A DNA stretch of 64,000 bases from contig OZ246946.1 of the NCBI GenBank assembly GCA_965232015.1, positions 3,302,612 through 3,366,611 of the forward strand. The letters run 5' to 3'. This document shows, one piece after another, positions 55,005-64,000 of the stretch. The first letter of the stretch is position 1, and each line of letters begins with the position of its first letter. Below the pieces are notes generated by a model, which was given only the letters and a program-made list of their open reading frames with translations, searched no databases and was not told the DNA's origin. A program made the position numbers and the translations under genes. The DNA comes from Vicinamibacteria bacterium. GTDB taxonomy: Bacteria; Acidobacteriota; Vicinamibacteria; Marinacidobacterales; Marinacidobacteraceae.

Positions 55005-57878
55005 ATGGCCGAGCTCGCACGGGACCTCGCTTCCCGGATCGAAGGCGCCGTGCGCTTCGATCGCGCCACGCGGCTGCTGTATTCGACCGACGCCAGCATC
55101 TACCAGATCGAGCCGCTCGGCGTCGTCCTGCCGAAGCACGCCGGGGACGTCGTCGAGACGGTGCGCGCGGCGACCGCCGCCGGGGCCCCCATCCTGCCCC
55201 GGGGAGGCGGTACGTCGCTCGCCGGGCAGGCGGTGGGGGAAGCCGTCGTGCTCGACCTGTCCGTCCACCTGCGGCGGGTTCTCGAAGTGAACCGCGAGGA
55301 GATGTGGGCCCGGGTCCAGCCGGGCCTCGTGCAGGACGCCTTCGCTGCGGCGCTCGCTCCTCTGGGCCTGCGGTTCGGTCCCGAGACCTCCACGTCGAAC
55401 CGGGCCAATCTGGGCGGCATGATCGGCAACAACTCGGCGGGCGCTCGCTCCCTGGTGTACGGGAAGACGGTGGACAACGTCATTGACGCCACGGTCGTGC
55501 TGGCCGACGGGACGGTGGAGCGGCTCGGCTGGATGGCGTGGGACGAAATCCGCCGCCGCGCCCGGGGCCACGGCGCGCTGTCCCGGATCCTCCGCGAGAT
55601 CGTCGCGATCCGCGACGGGTACGCCGACGACATCCGGTCCCGCTTCCCGCGAATCCCCCGCCGGGTCTCCGGCTACAACCTCGATCTCCTGCTGGACTCG
55701 GCGGGAGTGAACCTGGCGCGGCTGATCGTGGGATCGGAGGGCACTCTCGCGACCGTGGTCGAGGCGCGGGTTCAGCTCCACCGGCTCCCGCCCGCCACCG
55801 GGCTCGCCGTGCTCCACTTCGACGGGATGCTCCCGGCGCTCGAGGCGGGCGTGGAGGCGCTCGAGCTCCGGCCCACCTGCGTGGAACTGGTGGACCGGAT
55901 GGTCCTGCGGCTGGCGCGCGAGTCGCTCGCCTATGCGCGGCGGCTCCACTTCGTGGAGGGTGAGCCGGAGGCGCTGATCCTGGTCGAGTTCGCGGGCGAG
56001 AGCCAGGCCGAGGTCCGGTCGCGGTTCGATCGGCTCGAGGCCCGGATGGGAACGCGCGGCCAGCCCATGCTCCGAATCCTCGATCCGGCGGAGCAAAAGA
56101 ACGTGTGGGCGGTGCGGAAATCGGCGCTGCCGCTGCTCCTCAGCCTGCCCGGTGACCACAAGCCGATCGCGTTTGTCGAGGACACGGCGGTCTCCCCCGA
56201 GCGCCTGCCCGAATTCATCCGGCGGTTCGAGGAAATCCTCGACCGCAGCCGCACAAAGAGCTGCTTCTACGCCCACGCCGGGGCCGGCTGTCTCCACATC
56301 CGCCCGCTGATCAACCTCAAGAACCCGGCCGAAGTCCGCAAGATGGAGGGGCTGGCGCGGGAGGTGTGTGATCTGGTCCGTGATTTCGGCGGGGCGATGA
56401 GCGGTGAACATGGCGACGGACTCGCCCGGAGCCACTTCAACGAGGAGGTGTTCGGGCCGCGGGTGTACGAGGCGTTCGGACGGCTGAAGGCCGCCTTCGA
56501 CCCGGAAGGGCTGATGAACCCGGGAAAGGTCGTGAACGCCCCTCCGATGACCGACAACCTCCGCTACGGACCGGATTACCGGGCGGTGGAACTGCCCGTC
56601 GTTTTCCCCTACCCCCGGGAGGGCGGCTTTGGCGGCGCGGTGGAGCTTTGCAACGGCGCCGGCGTTTGCCGCAAGGAGCTCGCGGGAACGATGTGCCCGT
56701 CGTACATGGTGACCCGGGACGAGGAACACTCCACCCGCGGGCGGGCCAACCTGTTGCGGGCGCTGCTCGACGGGCGTCTGGCGCCGGGCAAGGCGTCGGA
56801 GGATCGTGTGCTCGACGCGCTCGATCTCTGCCTGGGGTGCAAGGCATGCAAGGCCGAGTGTCCGTCGGGCGTGGACATGGCGCGCCTGCGGAGCGACTTC
56901 CTCCACCACTACTACCGGAACCGGCGGCGTCCCCTGGCGGATGCGGTGTTCGGGGCGCCGGACCGGTGGGCCCGCTGGGGCCACCGCCTCGGGCCGCTCG
57001 CGCGGTTCGCCGCCCGGCGCGGCTGGACCGGGGCGCTTCTCTCCCGGGTGGCGGGACTCGACCCCCGGCGCAGCCTGCCGAACCTGGCGGACACCCGCTT
57101 CACCGAGTGGTTCGGTCGGGAGGCGCCGTCCCGTCAGCCGGCGAGGCCCCACCGGACCGTTGCGCTGTTCCCGGACACCTTCACCAACTTCTTCGAGCCC
57201 GAGGTGGGGATCGCCGCCTGCCGGGTGCTGTGGGCGCTCGGCTATGAGATTCGACTCGCCCCGGCGGTCTGTTGCGGTCGCCCGGCGATCTCGCGGGGTC
57301 TGCTGGATCGGGCCCGAAAGCTCGCGCGCCGCAGCGTGGCGGCCTTGTCGGGGTTGGCCAGCGAGGACATCCCGATCATCGGGCTCGAGCCTTCCTGTCT
57401 GCTCACCTTCCGCGACGAGATCCCGGAGCTCGTCCGCGAGGCGCACCGCCACGATGCGCGCCGGATCGCGGGCGCCGCCGTCCTGTTCGACGAGTTCGTC
57501 GCCGGGGACGCCGAGGAGCTGTCTCGAGTGACCCACGGTCGGGGCGCCGCGGGCGAGTCGCTTGCGCACGGGCACTGCCACCAGAAGGCGTTTTGCGGAA
57601 CCGGCCCGCTCCGGGCGGCGCTCGAGGCCGCCGGGGGCCCGGTCGAGGTGGCGGACTCCGGCTGCTGCGGAATGGCGGGGAGTTTCGGCTACACCTCGGA
57701 TCACTACGAGCTGTCCGTCGCCGTCGGCGAGCGGCGGCTCCTGCCCGCGGTGCGCGCGCTGGGCGAAGGACAGTCGGTGATCGCGGCGGGCACTTCCTGC
57801 CGCCACCAGATCCTCGACGTCACCGGACGTCGCGCGCTCCATCCCGCGGAGTACCTCGAGCAGTTCCTCGATCCCTGA
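55005..57878 (+). CDS. FAD-linked oxidase fused to (Fe-S) CCG-domain oxidoreductase (GlcD/GlcF- or D-lactate dehydrogenase-like)
   Basis: 957 aa. The N-terminal FAD-binding PCMH domain (PRGGGTSLAGQ), a central 4Fe-4S ferredoxin-like CxxCxxC region (CLGCKACKAECP) and C-terminal Cys-rich CCG motifs are present. Confidence 0.85.
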   Translation: MAELARDLASRIEGAVRFDRATRLLYSTDASIYQIEPLGVVLPKHAGDVVETVRAATAAGAPILPRGGGTSLAGQAVGEAVVLDLSVHLRRVLEVNREEMWARVQPGLVQDAFAAALAPLGLRFGPETSTSNRANLGGMIGNNSAGARSLVYGKTVDNVIDATVVLADGTVERLGWMAWDEIRRRARGHGALSRILREIVAIRDGYADDIRSRFPRIPRRVSGYNLDLLLDSAGVNLARLIVGSEGTLATVVEARVQLHRLPPATGLAVLHFDGMLPALEAGVEALELRPTCVELVDRMVLRLARESLAYARRLHFVEGEPEALILVEFAGESQAEVRSRFDRLEARMGTRGQPMLRILDPAEQKNVWAVRKSALPLLLSLPGDHKPIAFVEDTAVSPERLPEFIRRFEEILDRSRTKSCFYAHAGAGCLHIRPLINLKNPAEVRKMEGLAREVCDLVRDFGGAMSGEHGDGLARSHFNEEVFGPRVYEAFGRLKAAFDPEGLMNPGKVVNAPPMTDNLRYGPDYRAVELPVVFPYPREGGFGGAVELCNGAGVCRKELAGTMCPSYMVTRDEEHSTRGRANLLRALLDGRLAPGKASEDRVLDALDLCLGCKACKAECPSGVDMARLRSDFLHHYYRNRRRPLADAVFGAPDRWARWGHRLGPLARFAARRGWTGALLSRVAGLDPRRSLPNLADTRFTEWFGREAPSRQPARPHRTVALFPDTFTNFFEPEVGIAACRVLWALGYEIRLAPAVCCGRPAISRGLLDRARKLARRSVAALSGLASEDIPIIGLEPSCLLTFRDEIPELVREAHRHDARRIAGAAVLFDEFVAGDAEELSRVTHGRGAAGESLAHGHCHQKAFCGTGPLRAALEAAGGPVEVADSGCCGMAGSFGYTSDHYELSVAVGERRLLPAVRALGEGQSVIAAGTSCRHQILDVTGRRALHPAEYLEQFLDP

Positions 57879-57938
57879 CCCGGCGCCCCGCCGGCGCCAC
57901 GGGCGTACGGTGGCGTTCGGGCTCGGCGGTTCGTTAGA

Positions 57939-58178
57939 GTGCCGCGGATGAGTCCTGAAGTCATCGCGATCCTCAGTGTTGGCGCGACCGTCGGAGTCGG
58001 TCTCGGCGGCCTCATCATCTCCGGGAACCGGTCGCTGCGCGCGGGGCTCGAGGCTGCGACCGTTGAACGGGCCTCCATCCGCCAGGACCTGCACGCCCTG
58101 GCGGAACGGGTGGCCCGGATCGAGGGCGCCCTCTCGTTCCTGGTGCGCCAGGGGAAAGCGAGCGAGCCCGCCGCGTAG
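57939..58178 (+). CDS. Small hypothetical TM/coiled-coil protein (79 aa)
   Basis: MSPEVIAILSVGATVGVGLGGLIISG then helical segment; it is weakly supported. Confidence 0.3.
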   Translation: MPRMSPEVIAILSVGATVGVGLGGLIISGNRSLRAGLEAATVERASIRQDLHALAERVARIEGALSFLVRQGKASEPAA

Positions 58179-58267
58179 CCGTCCCGCCCGTCCCGACGGT
58201 GGCGTTCGGCTTCAGCCGTTCGCTGGAGTGCCGTAGCTCGCGGGTCAGCGCCGTGGGAAAGCCGTGT

Positions 58268-58897
58268 TCACGGTCGGATTACCAGACACGGTGTGTGGAG
58301 CAACTGGACATCGGTGGACCATTCGGCCCACAAGAGGGCACCGCCAATCAACGATCGGGTTGCTGTATTGGGCTTGACGGCGTTCTTCTGACGAGGGTCG
58401 GGGAGAGCGCAGCGAAATGCCTCGACAGCGGCCTGCGCATCGGCCGTGTGCGAACCGGCCTTGGCCTTACCGCTTACGAAGGCTTCCCACAGAAAGAGGC
58501 CGCCTTGCGAAGATTGGAAGTGGCTCCAGTCAAGGAAGGCCGTGTCCACCGCCTGTGGGCGAATCCGGCGCAAGATCCACGCGACTTCGGCCAACCCGGT
58601 CGTCAGGACGCAAGCCCCGGGGGCGGCGGACCAAGGACGGTTTCCCTCATTTGCGCGCCGGCGGGTCAGATCCACCGGGTGGTCGGCAACGGGGATCCAC
58701 AGCGGGCACTCGAAGCCCAATGCGACCTTGTCTCCGGCCTCGAGGCGACGTGCAACGAACGCCGCGAGTTTCTCAATATTCTGCGCATCGGCATCTGTGC
58801 GGTCCGGTTCGCGGGGGTGACTCGCCCATCCAAACCTTCCTCTCGCGACAGACCCGATATCAGCGCAACAGATGGTCAGATTGTCCATGGATCCCAT
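58268..58897 (-). CDS. Hypothetical protein, second DUF429/RNase H-fold-like paralog (low-GC patch)
   Basis: 209 aa. 'LTICCADIGSVARGRFGWA', 'ALGFECPLWIPV' and 'ADAQAAVEAFRCAL' align block-wise with the 32162-32989 protein. Local GC is below the genome average. Confidence 0.45.
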   Translation of the reverse strand: MGSMDNLTICCADIGSVARGRFGWASHPREPDRTDADAQNIEKLAAFVARRLEAGDKVALGFECPLWIPVADHPVDLTRRRANEGNRPWSAAPGACVLTTGLAEVAWILRRIRPQAVDTAFLDWSHFQSSQGGLFLWEAFVSGKAKAGSHTADAQAAVEAFRCALPDPRQKNAVKPNTATRSLIGGALLWAEWSTDVQLLHTPCLVIRP

Positions 58898-58930
58898 ACG
58901 CGGTATCCGGCCGCAAGCGTAGACACGCTA

Positions 58931-59263
58931 TCAGAGCCGTTTCACGTAGTAGCGGATCGAGGCGACGACGCCTAGAAGGATGGCGCACGCGAGTCCGCCC
59001 TTCATCCACGTCGCCATCCGCTCCGCCGGCCACTCGGGGAAGACAGCCAGCAGCGTCAGGCCGAACGCCAACGCGGCGACAGCGGCGACCAACAGGGACC
59101 ATCCGAGCGCCCGGTTGGCGGGGTACCAGATATCCGGAGTCGAAAGCGCCTCCTCGGTGCGGAATCCGTAGAGCCGGTTCGGGGGAATCCAGCCCCGGAT
59201 CAGCGGCACGGCCACCGCCGCCAGCACGACTTCGATGAGGAAGAGATTCTGGAGCTCGGTCAT
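58931..59263 (-). CDS. SdpI/YhfL-family small membrane protein
   Basis: C-terminal 110 aa 'MTELQNLFLIEVVLAAVAVPLIRGWIPPNRLYGFRTEEALSTPDIWYPANRALGWSLLVAAVA...' is typical of the SdpI family. The upstream Arg-rich ORF extension is rejected. Confidence 0.55.
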   Translation of the reverse strand: MTELQNLFLIEVVLAAVAVPLIRGWIPPNRLYGFRTEEALSTPDIWYPANRALGWSLLVAAVAALAFGLTLLAVFPEWPAERMATWMKGGLACAILLGVVASIRYYVKRL

Positions 59264-59781
59264 GCGTGTTCGGCGAGGGTGCGGCGCACTTCGCGCTCGG
59301 CCTCCCGCCGCCTGATCGTCTCCCGTCGGTCGCGGTGGCTCTTGCCCTTGGCGAGCGCGAGCTGGACCTTGATCCAGCCGCCGCGCAAGTGGATATCGAG
59401 CGGGATCAGCGTCAGTCCGGTGGTGCTCAGCTTCCCGGTCAACCGCCGCAACTCGTCGGCGTGGAGGAGCAGTTTCCGGGCGCGGTCCGGATTCCCCTGG
59501 TCGGCGGGTGCGTGGGCGTAGGGGGCGATGTGGCAGTTCACCAGATACAGCTCGCCGCCTTGCTCCTTTCCGTAGGAGTCCTTCAGGTTGGCGCCGCCGT
59601 TCCGGCACGACTTGACTTCCGCGCCGGTGAGGGCCAGCCCCGCCTCGAACCGGTCCAGCAGGACGTAGTCGCGGCGGGCGCGCCGGTTCTGGGCGAGCAC
59701 CTGGCCGGGAGCGCCGCTCCGGCCGCGGACGCCGGCGCCGCGGAGGCGCCGCTTCTTCCTCGAAGTTCTCTTGCGGCTCAT
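59260..59781 (-). CDS. smpB: SsrA-binding protein SmpB (trans-translation)
   Basis: 'NRRARRDYVLLDRFEAGLALTGAEVKSCRNGGANLKDSY...RKLLLHADELRRL...GLTLIPLDIHLRGGWIKVQLALAKGK' matches SmpB throughout. Confidence 0.8.
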   Translation of the reverse strand: MSRKRTSRKKRRLRGAGVRGRSGAPGQVLAQNRRARRDYVLLDRFEAGLALTGAEVKSCRNGGANLKDSYGKEQGGELYLVNCHIAPYAHAPADQGNPDRARKLLLHADELRRLTGKLSTTGLTLIPLDIHLRGGWIKVQLALAKGKSHRDRRETIRRREAEREVRRTLAEHA

Positions 59782-59865
59782 GCTGGTCGCCCCCCTGCCT
59801 CCGCAGTCTAGCCGGGCGGAGACCGGTGCCCCGCGTCGCAGCCGCCCCTGTTCAGAGGGCGGGCG

Positions 59866-61089
59866 TTACCGGCTGCCAGTCTCGAAGGCCGAGGCCATGC
59901 GGTCCCGCTCTCTCGGCGGGATTCCGAAGCGGGAAGCCGTCTCGCGCCACATCCGCACCGCTTCGGCGACTTCGCCCAGGATCCGGGTGGCGTCGCTCGC
60001 GTCGAGTCCGTAGGTGATCGCGGATTCCCGGGCCAGTTCGAGGTCGGCCCGGTCGTCATTCTCCACGATGCAGGTCGTCAAGCGTCCGCCCCCGGCATCC
60101 GCCGGAACCGGGTTCAGGTCGTATGCGGGGGCGAGACGCCAGCCCGCGTCGTCCTGTCGGAGAAAACCGTGGTTGCGGAGATGATCATCGCGGTTCGAGA
60201 TCAGGACCGTGAACACGACCCGGCGAAAGAGTTCTTCGAGGTCCTGTCTCGGCGCTGCTCCATGGCGACGAATCGCTTCGGCGATCCGGGGATAGCTGGA
60301 GCGCTGGCGGTCGGACGCCCCGAGGAGGGTCATGGCGGACACGAACGGGATTCGGGTCGCTCCGCGCCGGTCGAACCGGCGGACGAGCAGGATCTGTCGT
60401 CCCGCGACCGGTTCCAGCCGAGCGGCCGCGGCGTGCATCCTCGTCCGGCGAGCCAGCGAGAGGGCGACGGCCTCCCACGCGGGCAGGTTCCATTCGTCGC
60501 CGCGCCTCGGGAACTTCGCGATCAGGAGGTCGCCGTTCCGGTCGCGCACCGACGCCTTCGGCCGCGCTCCTCCCAGGGACGACCCGGGTGCGAGCAACAG
60601 GGCGAGTTCGTCCGCAGTCTCCGATTCCTCTTCGACGCGGCCGGCGGCGCCCAGGAGCCGCGGGAGCGCGATCAGCGGAGGAATCCGGCCGGGGGAGGGG
60701 GGCGCGAGGAACGGACCGTCGGGCGCCGCGCGGAAACGCAACGCGCCGTGGCGGGACTCGTCGTCCACGCGGAGAAGGAAGTCGGCATCGCCGAGCGCCC
60801 GGGGAGTCCGTCCCGCTCGGCGAGCCGCTCGGCGCTCCGCTCGACGCAGGAGCGTCCTCCCCCATCGGTCCGGCGCGGAGTCGTCGAGAGCCCCGAAGAG
60901 GCTCCTGCCGGGCTCGGTGTGAAAGGCGCCCGAGCCGAGTGGGAGCGCCGGATCGAGAGCGAAGCCACCTGGGTGGCGGAGCCAACCGCGGGTGTAGCGG
61001 AACGAGGCGCCCCCGCGACGCAGCCACAGTTCCCCGACCGGGTCGGCGAAACCCCCGCGACCCAGGTGGACCGACACTCGCCGCGTCAT
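59866..61089 (-). CDS. hipA: HipA-family serine/threonine kinase toxin
   Basis: 407 aa. 'GSSLGGARPKASV' and the catalytic 'DDHLRNHGFL' motifs are present. The ATG overlaps the hipB stop. Confidence 0.8.
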   Translation of the reverse strand: MTRRVSVHLGRGGFADPVGELWLRRGGASFRYTRGWLRHPGGFALDPALPLGSGAFHTEPGRSLFGALDDSAPDRWGRTLLRRAERRAARRAGRTPRALGDADFLLRVDDESRHGALRFRAAPDGPFLAPPSPGRIPPLIALPRLLGAAGRVEEESETADELALLLAPGSSLGGARPKASVRDRNGDLLIAKFPRRGDEWNLPAWEAVALSLARRTRMHAAAARLEPVAGRQILLVRRFDRRGATRIPFVSAMTLLGASDRQRSSYPRIAEAIRRHGAAPRQDLEELFRRVVFTVLISNRDDHLRNHGFLRQDDAGWRLAPAYDLNPVPADAGGGRLTTCIVENDDRADLELARESAITYGLDASDATRILGEVAEAVRMWRETASRFGIPPRERDRMASAFETGSR

Positions 61090-61427
61090 TCGAAGTCGGC
61101 CTCGAAGTCGGCGTGACGCAGGCGAATGCGCTTCGGCAGGCGCTCGGTTTCGAGTTCGAGTCCGACCGGGTCCGTCGCGGCGTCGGCGAGTTCACCGAGT
61201 CGCCGATGGAGCCCGAGGACCCACAACACTCGCGCGTAGTTTCCGAGAGAGACTCCCGGATCGCCGCGCTCGATCCGGTGGAGGGTGGTGCGGCTGAACA
61301 GGGCCCGCTCGGCGAGCAGCGCCGTGGGGATGCGGCGCCGGCGGCGGGCGTCACGGAGATCGGCCCCGAGCTTCTGGAGGAGAGGGAGGACGGAGAGCGG
61401 AAGGGTGGCGTCCCGATGCGATGGCAT
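61086..61427 (-). CDS. hipB: HipB-like XRE-family HTH antitoxin
   Basis: 113 aa with HTH 'IPTALLAERALFSRTTLHRIERGDPGVSLGNYARVLWVLGL'. It is followed downstream by hipA with ATGA overlap, and an AT-rich region lies upstream. Confidence 0.7.
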   Translation of the reverse strand: MPSHRDATLPLSVLPLLQKLGADLRDARRRRRIPTALLAERALFSRTTLHRIERGDPGVSLGNYARVLWVLGLHRRLGELADAATDPVGLELETERLPKRIRLRHADFEADFE

Positions 61428-61491
61428 AGCGTGTGGAATATAGAACAATAACATCACTTTCAGTTCTGAACTCTGGACGCAAAGGCATGCC

Positions 61492-62964
61492 ATGAACAAC
61501 CGGGTAGAGGCCTCGCTCGGCCCCGCTCCGTCCCCGCCGGCGGTCTGCCCGGCTCCGGATGGGCGGCGTTTCCCGGCTCGGCGTCGGCGGGATGGGACGC
61601 CGAACCCCGGTCCGGAGGAGTCTCGTCCGCGGGGCAGGGCGCCTTTCGGAGAGCCACGCTCTCCGCGGTCGGTCAGCGCTGCGCTCGTTATCCTGAGGCG
61701 GTCCGTGGCCGAGTACCTGTGCCAGATCGGCGAGCCGGCGGGAGATCTGCGCCGTCTCCGGATCGCGGCGCCGAGTTCCGAGGCGGCCCGCCGCCAGCTC
61801 GAGCGCGAGGGATTCCACGTGTTCGGCGTGCGACGGATCTCGGGGATCGCCGCGTGGTTCGGGCGAAGCGCGGGCGGTCGGCCGAGCGCCGGGTCCAGGA
61901 CGGGGCGAGGCCACCTGCTCCTGGGCCGACCCGTGCGCAGCCGCGATGTGCTCCTCTTCAACCAGGAGTTGGCCGCGCTCCTCCGGGCGGGGCTTCCGCT
62001 CGCCGAGTCGCTCGCCATCATGGTCGAGCGGATGGAGAACCGGACCCTGCGCGCTGCGGTGACGGAGATCCTGCGCCAGGTCCGCGGGGGGACGCCGATG
62101 AGTCAGGCCGCGTCCCGTTTCCCGTTCTTCCCCCCGGTGTATGCGGCGTGTCTGCAGGCGGGGGAGACCAGCGGGGACCTCGCCGGAATGCTGCGACGGT
62201 TCACCGACACCTTTCGGGTCGCGGTGCGGGCGAGATCGCAGCTCGTCGCCGCCCTCGTCTATCCGGCGTTTCTGCTCGCCGCCCTTCTCGGGACGGCCGC
62301 GTTCCTCCTGCTCGGAGTGGTGCCCGAGTTCATCCCGTTCTTCGCCGGATTCGGGCAGGAGCTGCCGCTGCTCACCACGGTCCTGCTGGCCGTTGCGGAA
62401 GGCGTCCGGAGCCATTTCGGCTGGGTGCTGGCTGGAGCCGCGGCGGTGGCGCTCGCCGGGGCGGCGTGGTCCCGTCGGCCGGACTCGGGCCGCGTCCGGG
62501 ACCGATGGCTGCTCCGGCTCCCGGCCGTCGGGGAAGTGCTGCGGCTCTATGCCGTCTCGCAGTTCTGCCGGGCGCTCGGCACCCTGCTGGCCGGAGGGAT
62601 GCCGCTCGCCCGGGCGATCCCGGTCGCCGCCGACGCGGTGGGCAATCGCTACCTGCGAGCGGTGCTCGGTCCCACGGCCGGCGATGTGAGCGAGGGCCGG
62701 ACGTTCGTGGACGCGCTTGCGGCCAGCGGCGAGGTGCCCGCATTCGCTCTCTCCATGGTGCGGGTGGGCGAGGGAACCGGCGATCTGGCCCGCATGGTCT
62801 CGAGCGTGAGCGACTTCAACGACGAGGTCATCGAGAACCGGGTGGCGATGCTCCTGAGCCTGCTCACGCCGGTCGTGCTCCTTCTGCTGGGCGGCTTCGT
62901 GGCGCTGGTGCTGCTCGCCATCTACCTGCCGTTGTTCAGTCTGGCGTCGGTCCCCGGCTTCTGA
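61492..62964 (+). CDS. gspF: Type II secretion/type IV pilus platform protein (GspF/PilC family)
   Basis: Two GspF-type repeats ('LLFNQELAALLRAGLPLAESL', 'QFCRALGTLLAGGMPLARAI') and three TM segments. The start may lie downstream of 61492, since the ORF has an ~80-aa low-complexity N-terminal extension. Confidence 0.75.
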   Translation: MNNRVEASLGPAPSPPAVCPAPDGRRFPARRRRDGTPNPGPEESRPRGRAPFGEPRSPRSVSAALVILRRSVAEYLCQIGEPAGDLRRLRIAAPSSEAARRQLEREGFHVFGVRRISGIAAWFGRSAGGRPSAGSRTGRGHLLLGRPVRSRDVLLFNQELAALLRAGLPLAESLAIMVERMENRTLRAAVTEILRQVRGGTPMSQAASRFPFFPPVYAACLQAGETSGDLAGMLRRFTDTFRVAVRARSQLVAALVYPAFLLAALLGTAAFLLLGVVPEFIPFFAGFGQELPLLTTVLLAVAEGVRSHFGWVLAGAAAVALAGAAWSRRPDSGRVRDRWLLRLPAVGEVLRLYAVSQFCRALGTLLAGGMPLARAIPVAADAVGNRYLRAVLGPTAGDVSEGRTFVDALAASGEVPAFALSMVRVGEGTGDLARMVSSVSDFNDEVIENRVAMLLSLLTPVVLLLLGGFVALVLLAIYLPLFSLASVPGF

Positions 62965-63446
62965 TGGCGTCCACCGGCCGCCAGCGCGGCTTCACCCTGA
63001 TCGAGCTCGTGGTCGCCTCCGGCGTGCTCGCGGTGCTGGCCCTCGCGGTCATCCCGGTGGCGAAAGTGGCCTCGGTGCGCGCGAAGGAGATCGAGCTGCG
63101 GCAGCAGTTGCGCACCGTGCGTCTTGCGATCGACGCCTACCATGAAGCCGCGGAGGCGGGCGAGATCGCCCCCGAGGTCCTCGAACCGGACCACGAGAAC
63201 TATCCGCCCACTCTCGAGGCGCTGGTGGAGGGGGTGCCCGGGCCCCCGGATCCGGAGGGGCGGACGCCGGTGCTGCGGTTCCTCCGCCGTCTCCCGGTGG
63301 ACCCGTTCACCGGGCGGACCGACTGGCTGCTGCGCTCCTATCAGGACGACCCCGACTCCCTGCGATGGGGCGGCGAGAACGTGTACGACCTCCGCTCCGC
63401 CTCCCCCCGGCGCGGACTCGACGGGACGCCGTACCGCTCATGGTGA
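62964..63446 (+). CDS. GspG-like major pseudopilin (prepilin N-terminal methylation domain)
   Basis: 'RGFTLIELVVASGVLAVLALAVIP' prepilin motif. The ATG overlaps the gspF stop. Confidence 0.7.
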   Translation: MASTGRQRGFTLIELVVASGVLAVLALAVIPVAKVASVRAKEIELRQQLRTVRLAIDAYHEAAEAGEIAPEVLEPDHENYPPTLEALVEGVPGPPDPEGRTPVLRFLRRLPVDPFTGRTDWLLRSYQDDPDSLRWGGENVYDLRSASPRRGLDGTPYRSW

Positions 63447-63880
63447 CGATGACCGGCCGTCCGCTGCCCCCCCGGCCACACCCGGGGTTCCGGTCGGGCA
63501 GGGAGTCCGGCTTCAGTTTCATCGAGATGGTCCTCGTGATCCTGGTGCTCGGGATCCTGTTCGGGATCGCGGCGCCCCGCTACCAGGCCCAGGTCGTCAA
63601 GGCGAAGGAGGCGGTGCTGAGCCACAACCTCGCCGTGATCCGCGAGCGGCTCGATCAGTACCGCGCGGATCGGGAGGAGTACCCGTCCGGGCTCGGGGAC
63701 CTGGTCGTGGGCGGTTATCTGCGGGAGATCCCGGCGGATCCGATGACCAGATCCATCCTGTGGGAGGAGATTCGGGACGGCTACGACCCGCTGTTCCCCG
63801 ACGCCCCGGCGGGGGTTTCGGACATCAGGAGCCGGTCGGAGGAAGTCGGGAGCGACGGACGCCCCTATCGTGAGTGGTGA
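63440..63880 (+). CDS. Second GspG-like pseudopilin
   Basis: 'SGFSFIEMVLVILVLGILFGIAAPRY' prepilin motif. The ATG overlaps the previous stop. Confidence 0.7.
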   Translation: MVTMTGRPLPPRPHPGFRSGRESGFSFIEMVLVILVLGILFGIAAPRYQAQVVKAKEAVLSHNLAVIRERLDQYRADREEYPSGLGDLVVGGYLREIPADPMTRSILWEEIRDGYDPLFPDAPAGVSDIRSRSEEVGSDGRPYREW

Positions 63881-64000
63881 TCCGGTCCGCGGCGAGCGCG
63901 GCTTCGTTCTCTTCGGGGTCCTCATGGGAGCGACGCTGCTCGGCGTCGGGCTGCTCGCGGCGGTGACCCTGTGGAGCCGCGTCCTTCAGCGGGAGCAGGA
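63870..64000 (+). CDS. Partial minor pseudopilin-like gene (window-truncated)
   Basis: The GTG at 63870 overlaps the upstream stop. It encodes ...RGFVLFGVLMGATLLGVGLLAAVTLW (prepilin-like hydrophobic N-terminus). Confidence 0.4.
   Translation, partial: MSGDPVRGERGFVLFGVLMGATLLGVGLLAAVTLWSRVLQREQ

Noticed and set aside
54987-58094. 1035-aa minus-strand ORF antisense to the FAD/Fe-S oxidoreductase.
   Set aside because: It is an antisense artefact. The sense strand has FAD-binding and Fe-S motifs.
1-64000. Search for tRNA, rRNA, CRISPR arrays, transposase or IS genes.
   Set aside because: No T-loop-like GGTTCGANTCC contexts with cloverleaf potential were seen. There are no rDNA-like stretches and no regularly spaced direct repeats. 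There are no transposase-like ORFs; the only recombinase is the integrase remnant.

Overview
This is a ~70% GC bacterial chromosomal segment with several lower-GC (~55-60%) patches, read by eye from sequence and ORF translations only; no tRNA, rRNA or CRISPR array was found. At this GC content the six-frame track is dominated by long antisense or overlapping spurious ORFs, which are rejected below. It contains two carboxypeptidase-regulatory-domain/TonB-dependent outer-membrane receptors and three paralogous DUF4143-type AAA+ ATPases. It also holds an arfB rescue factor, a membrane-bound ferritin/VIT (MbfA-like) gene, a heme-oxygenase–cutA operon, smpB, a hipBA toxin–antitoxin module, a large FAD/Fe-S oxidoreductase, and two pseudopilin/gspF clusters plus comEA.

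The parts that look accessory are as follows.
1. A DarT-like (DUF4433) ADP-ribosyltransferase gene is coupled to a 232-aa partner that is neither macrodomain nor NADAR. This may be a new antitoxin type.
2. An IetA/IetS-like pair (AAA+ ATPase plus S8 subtilase) is inserted into the 3' end of a D-aminoacylase gene and flanked by a ~775-bp direct duplication of that gene.
3. A decayed integrative island carries an integrase 3' fragment fused to a beta-lactamase-family gene stub, an OLD/PARIS-like ABC-ATPase–TOPRIM fusion, an N6-methyltransferase fragment, a truncated vapC and a vapB.
4. An ~18-kb locus holds four paralogous secreted Big_2 + LVIVD-repeat beta-propeller proteins, two of them near-identical at DNA level. 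It also holds a YVTN propeller, a proline-racemase-family enzyme, an OCD/mu-crystallin enzyme, an amidohydrolase, a TonB receptor and a sigma-28-like factor, and may be a (hydroxy)proline-peptide utilisation locus.
5. A 28/30-nt conserved motif sits upstream of both a TonB receptor gene and mbfA.
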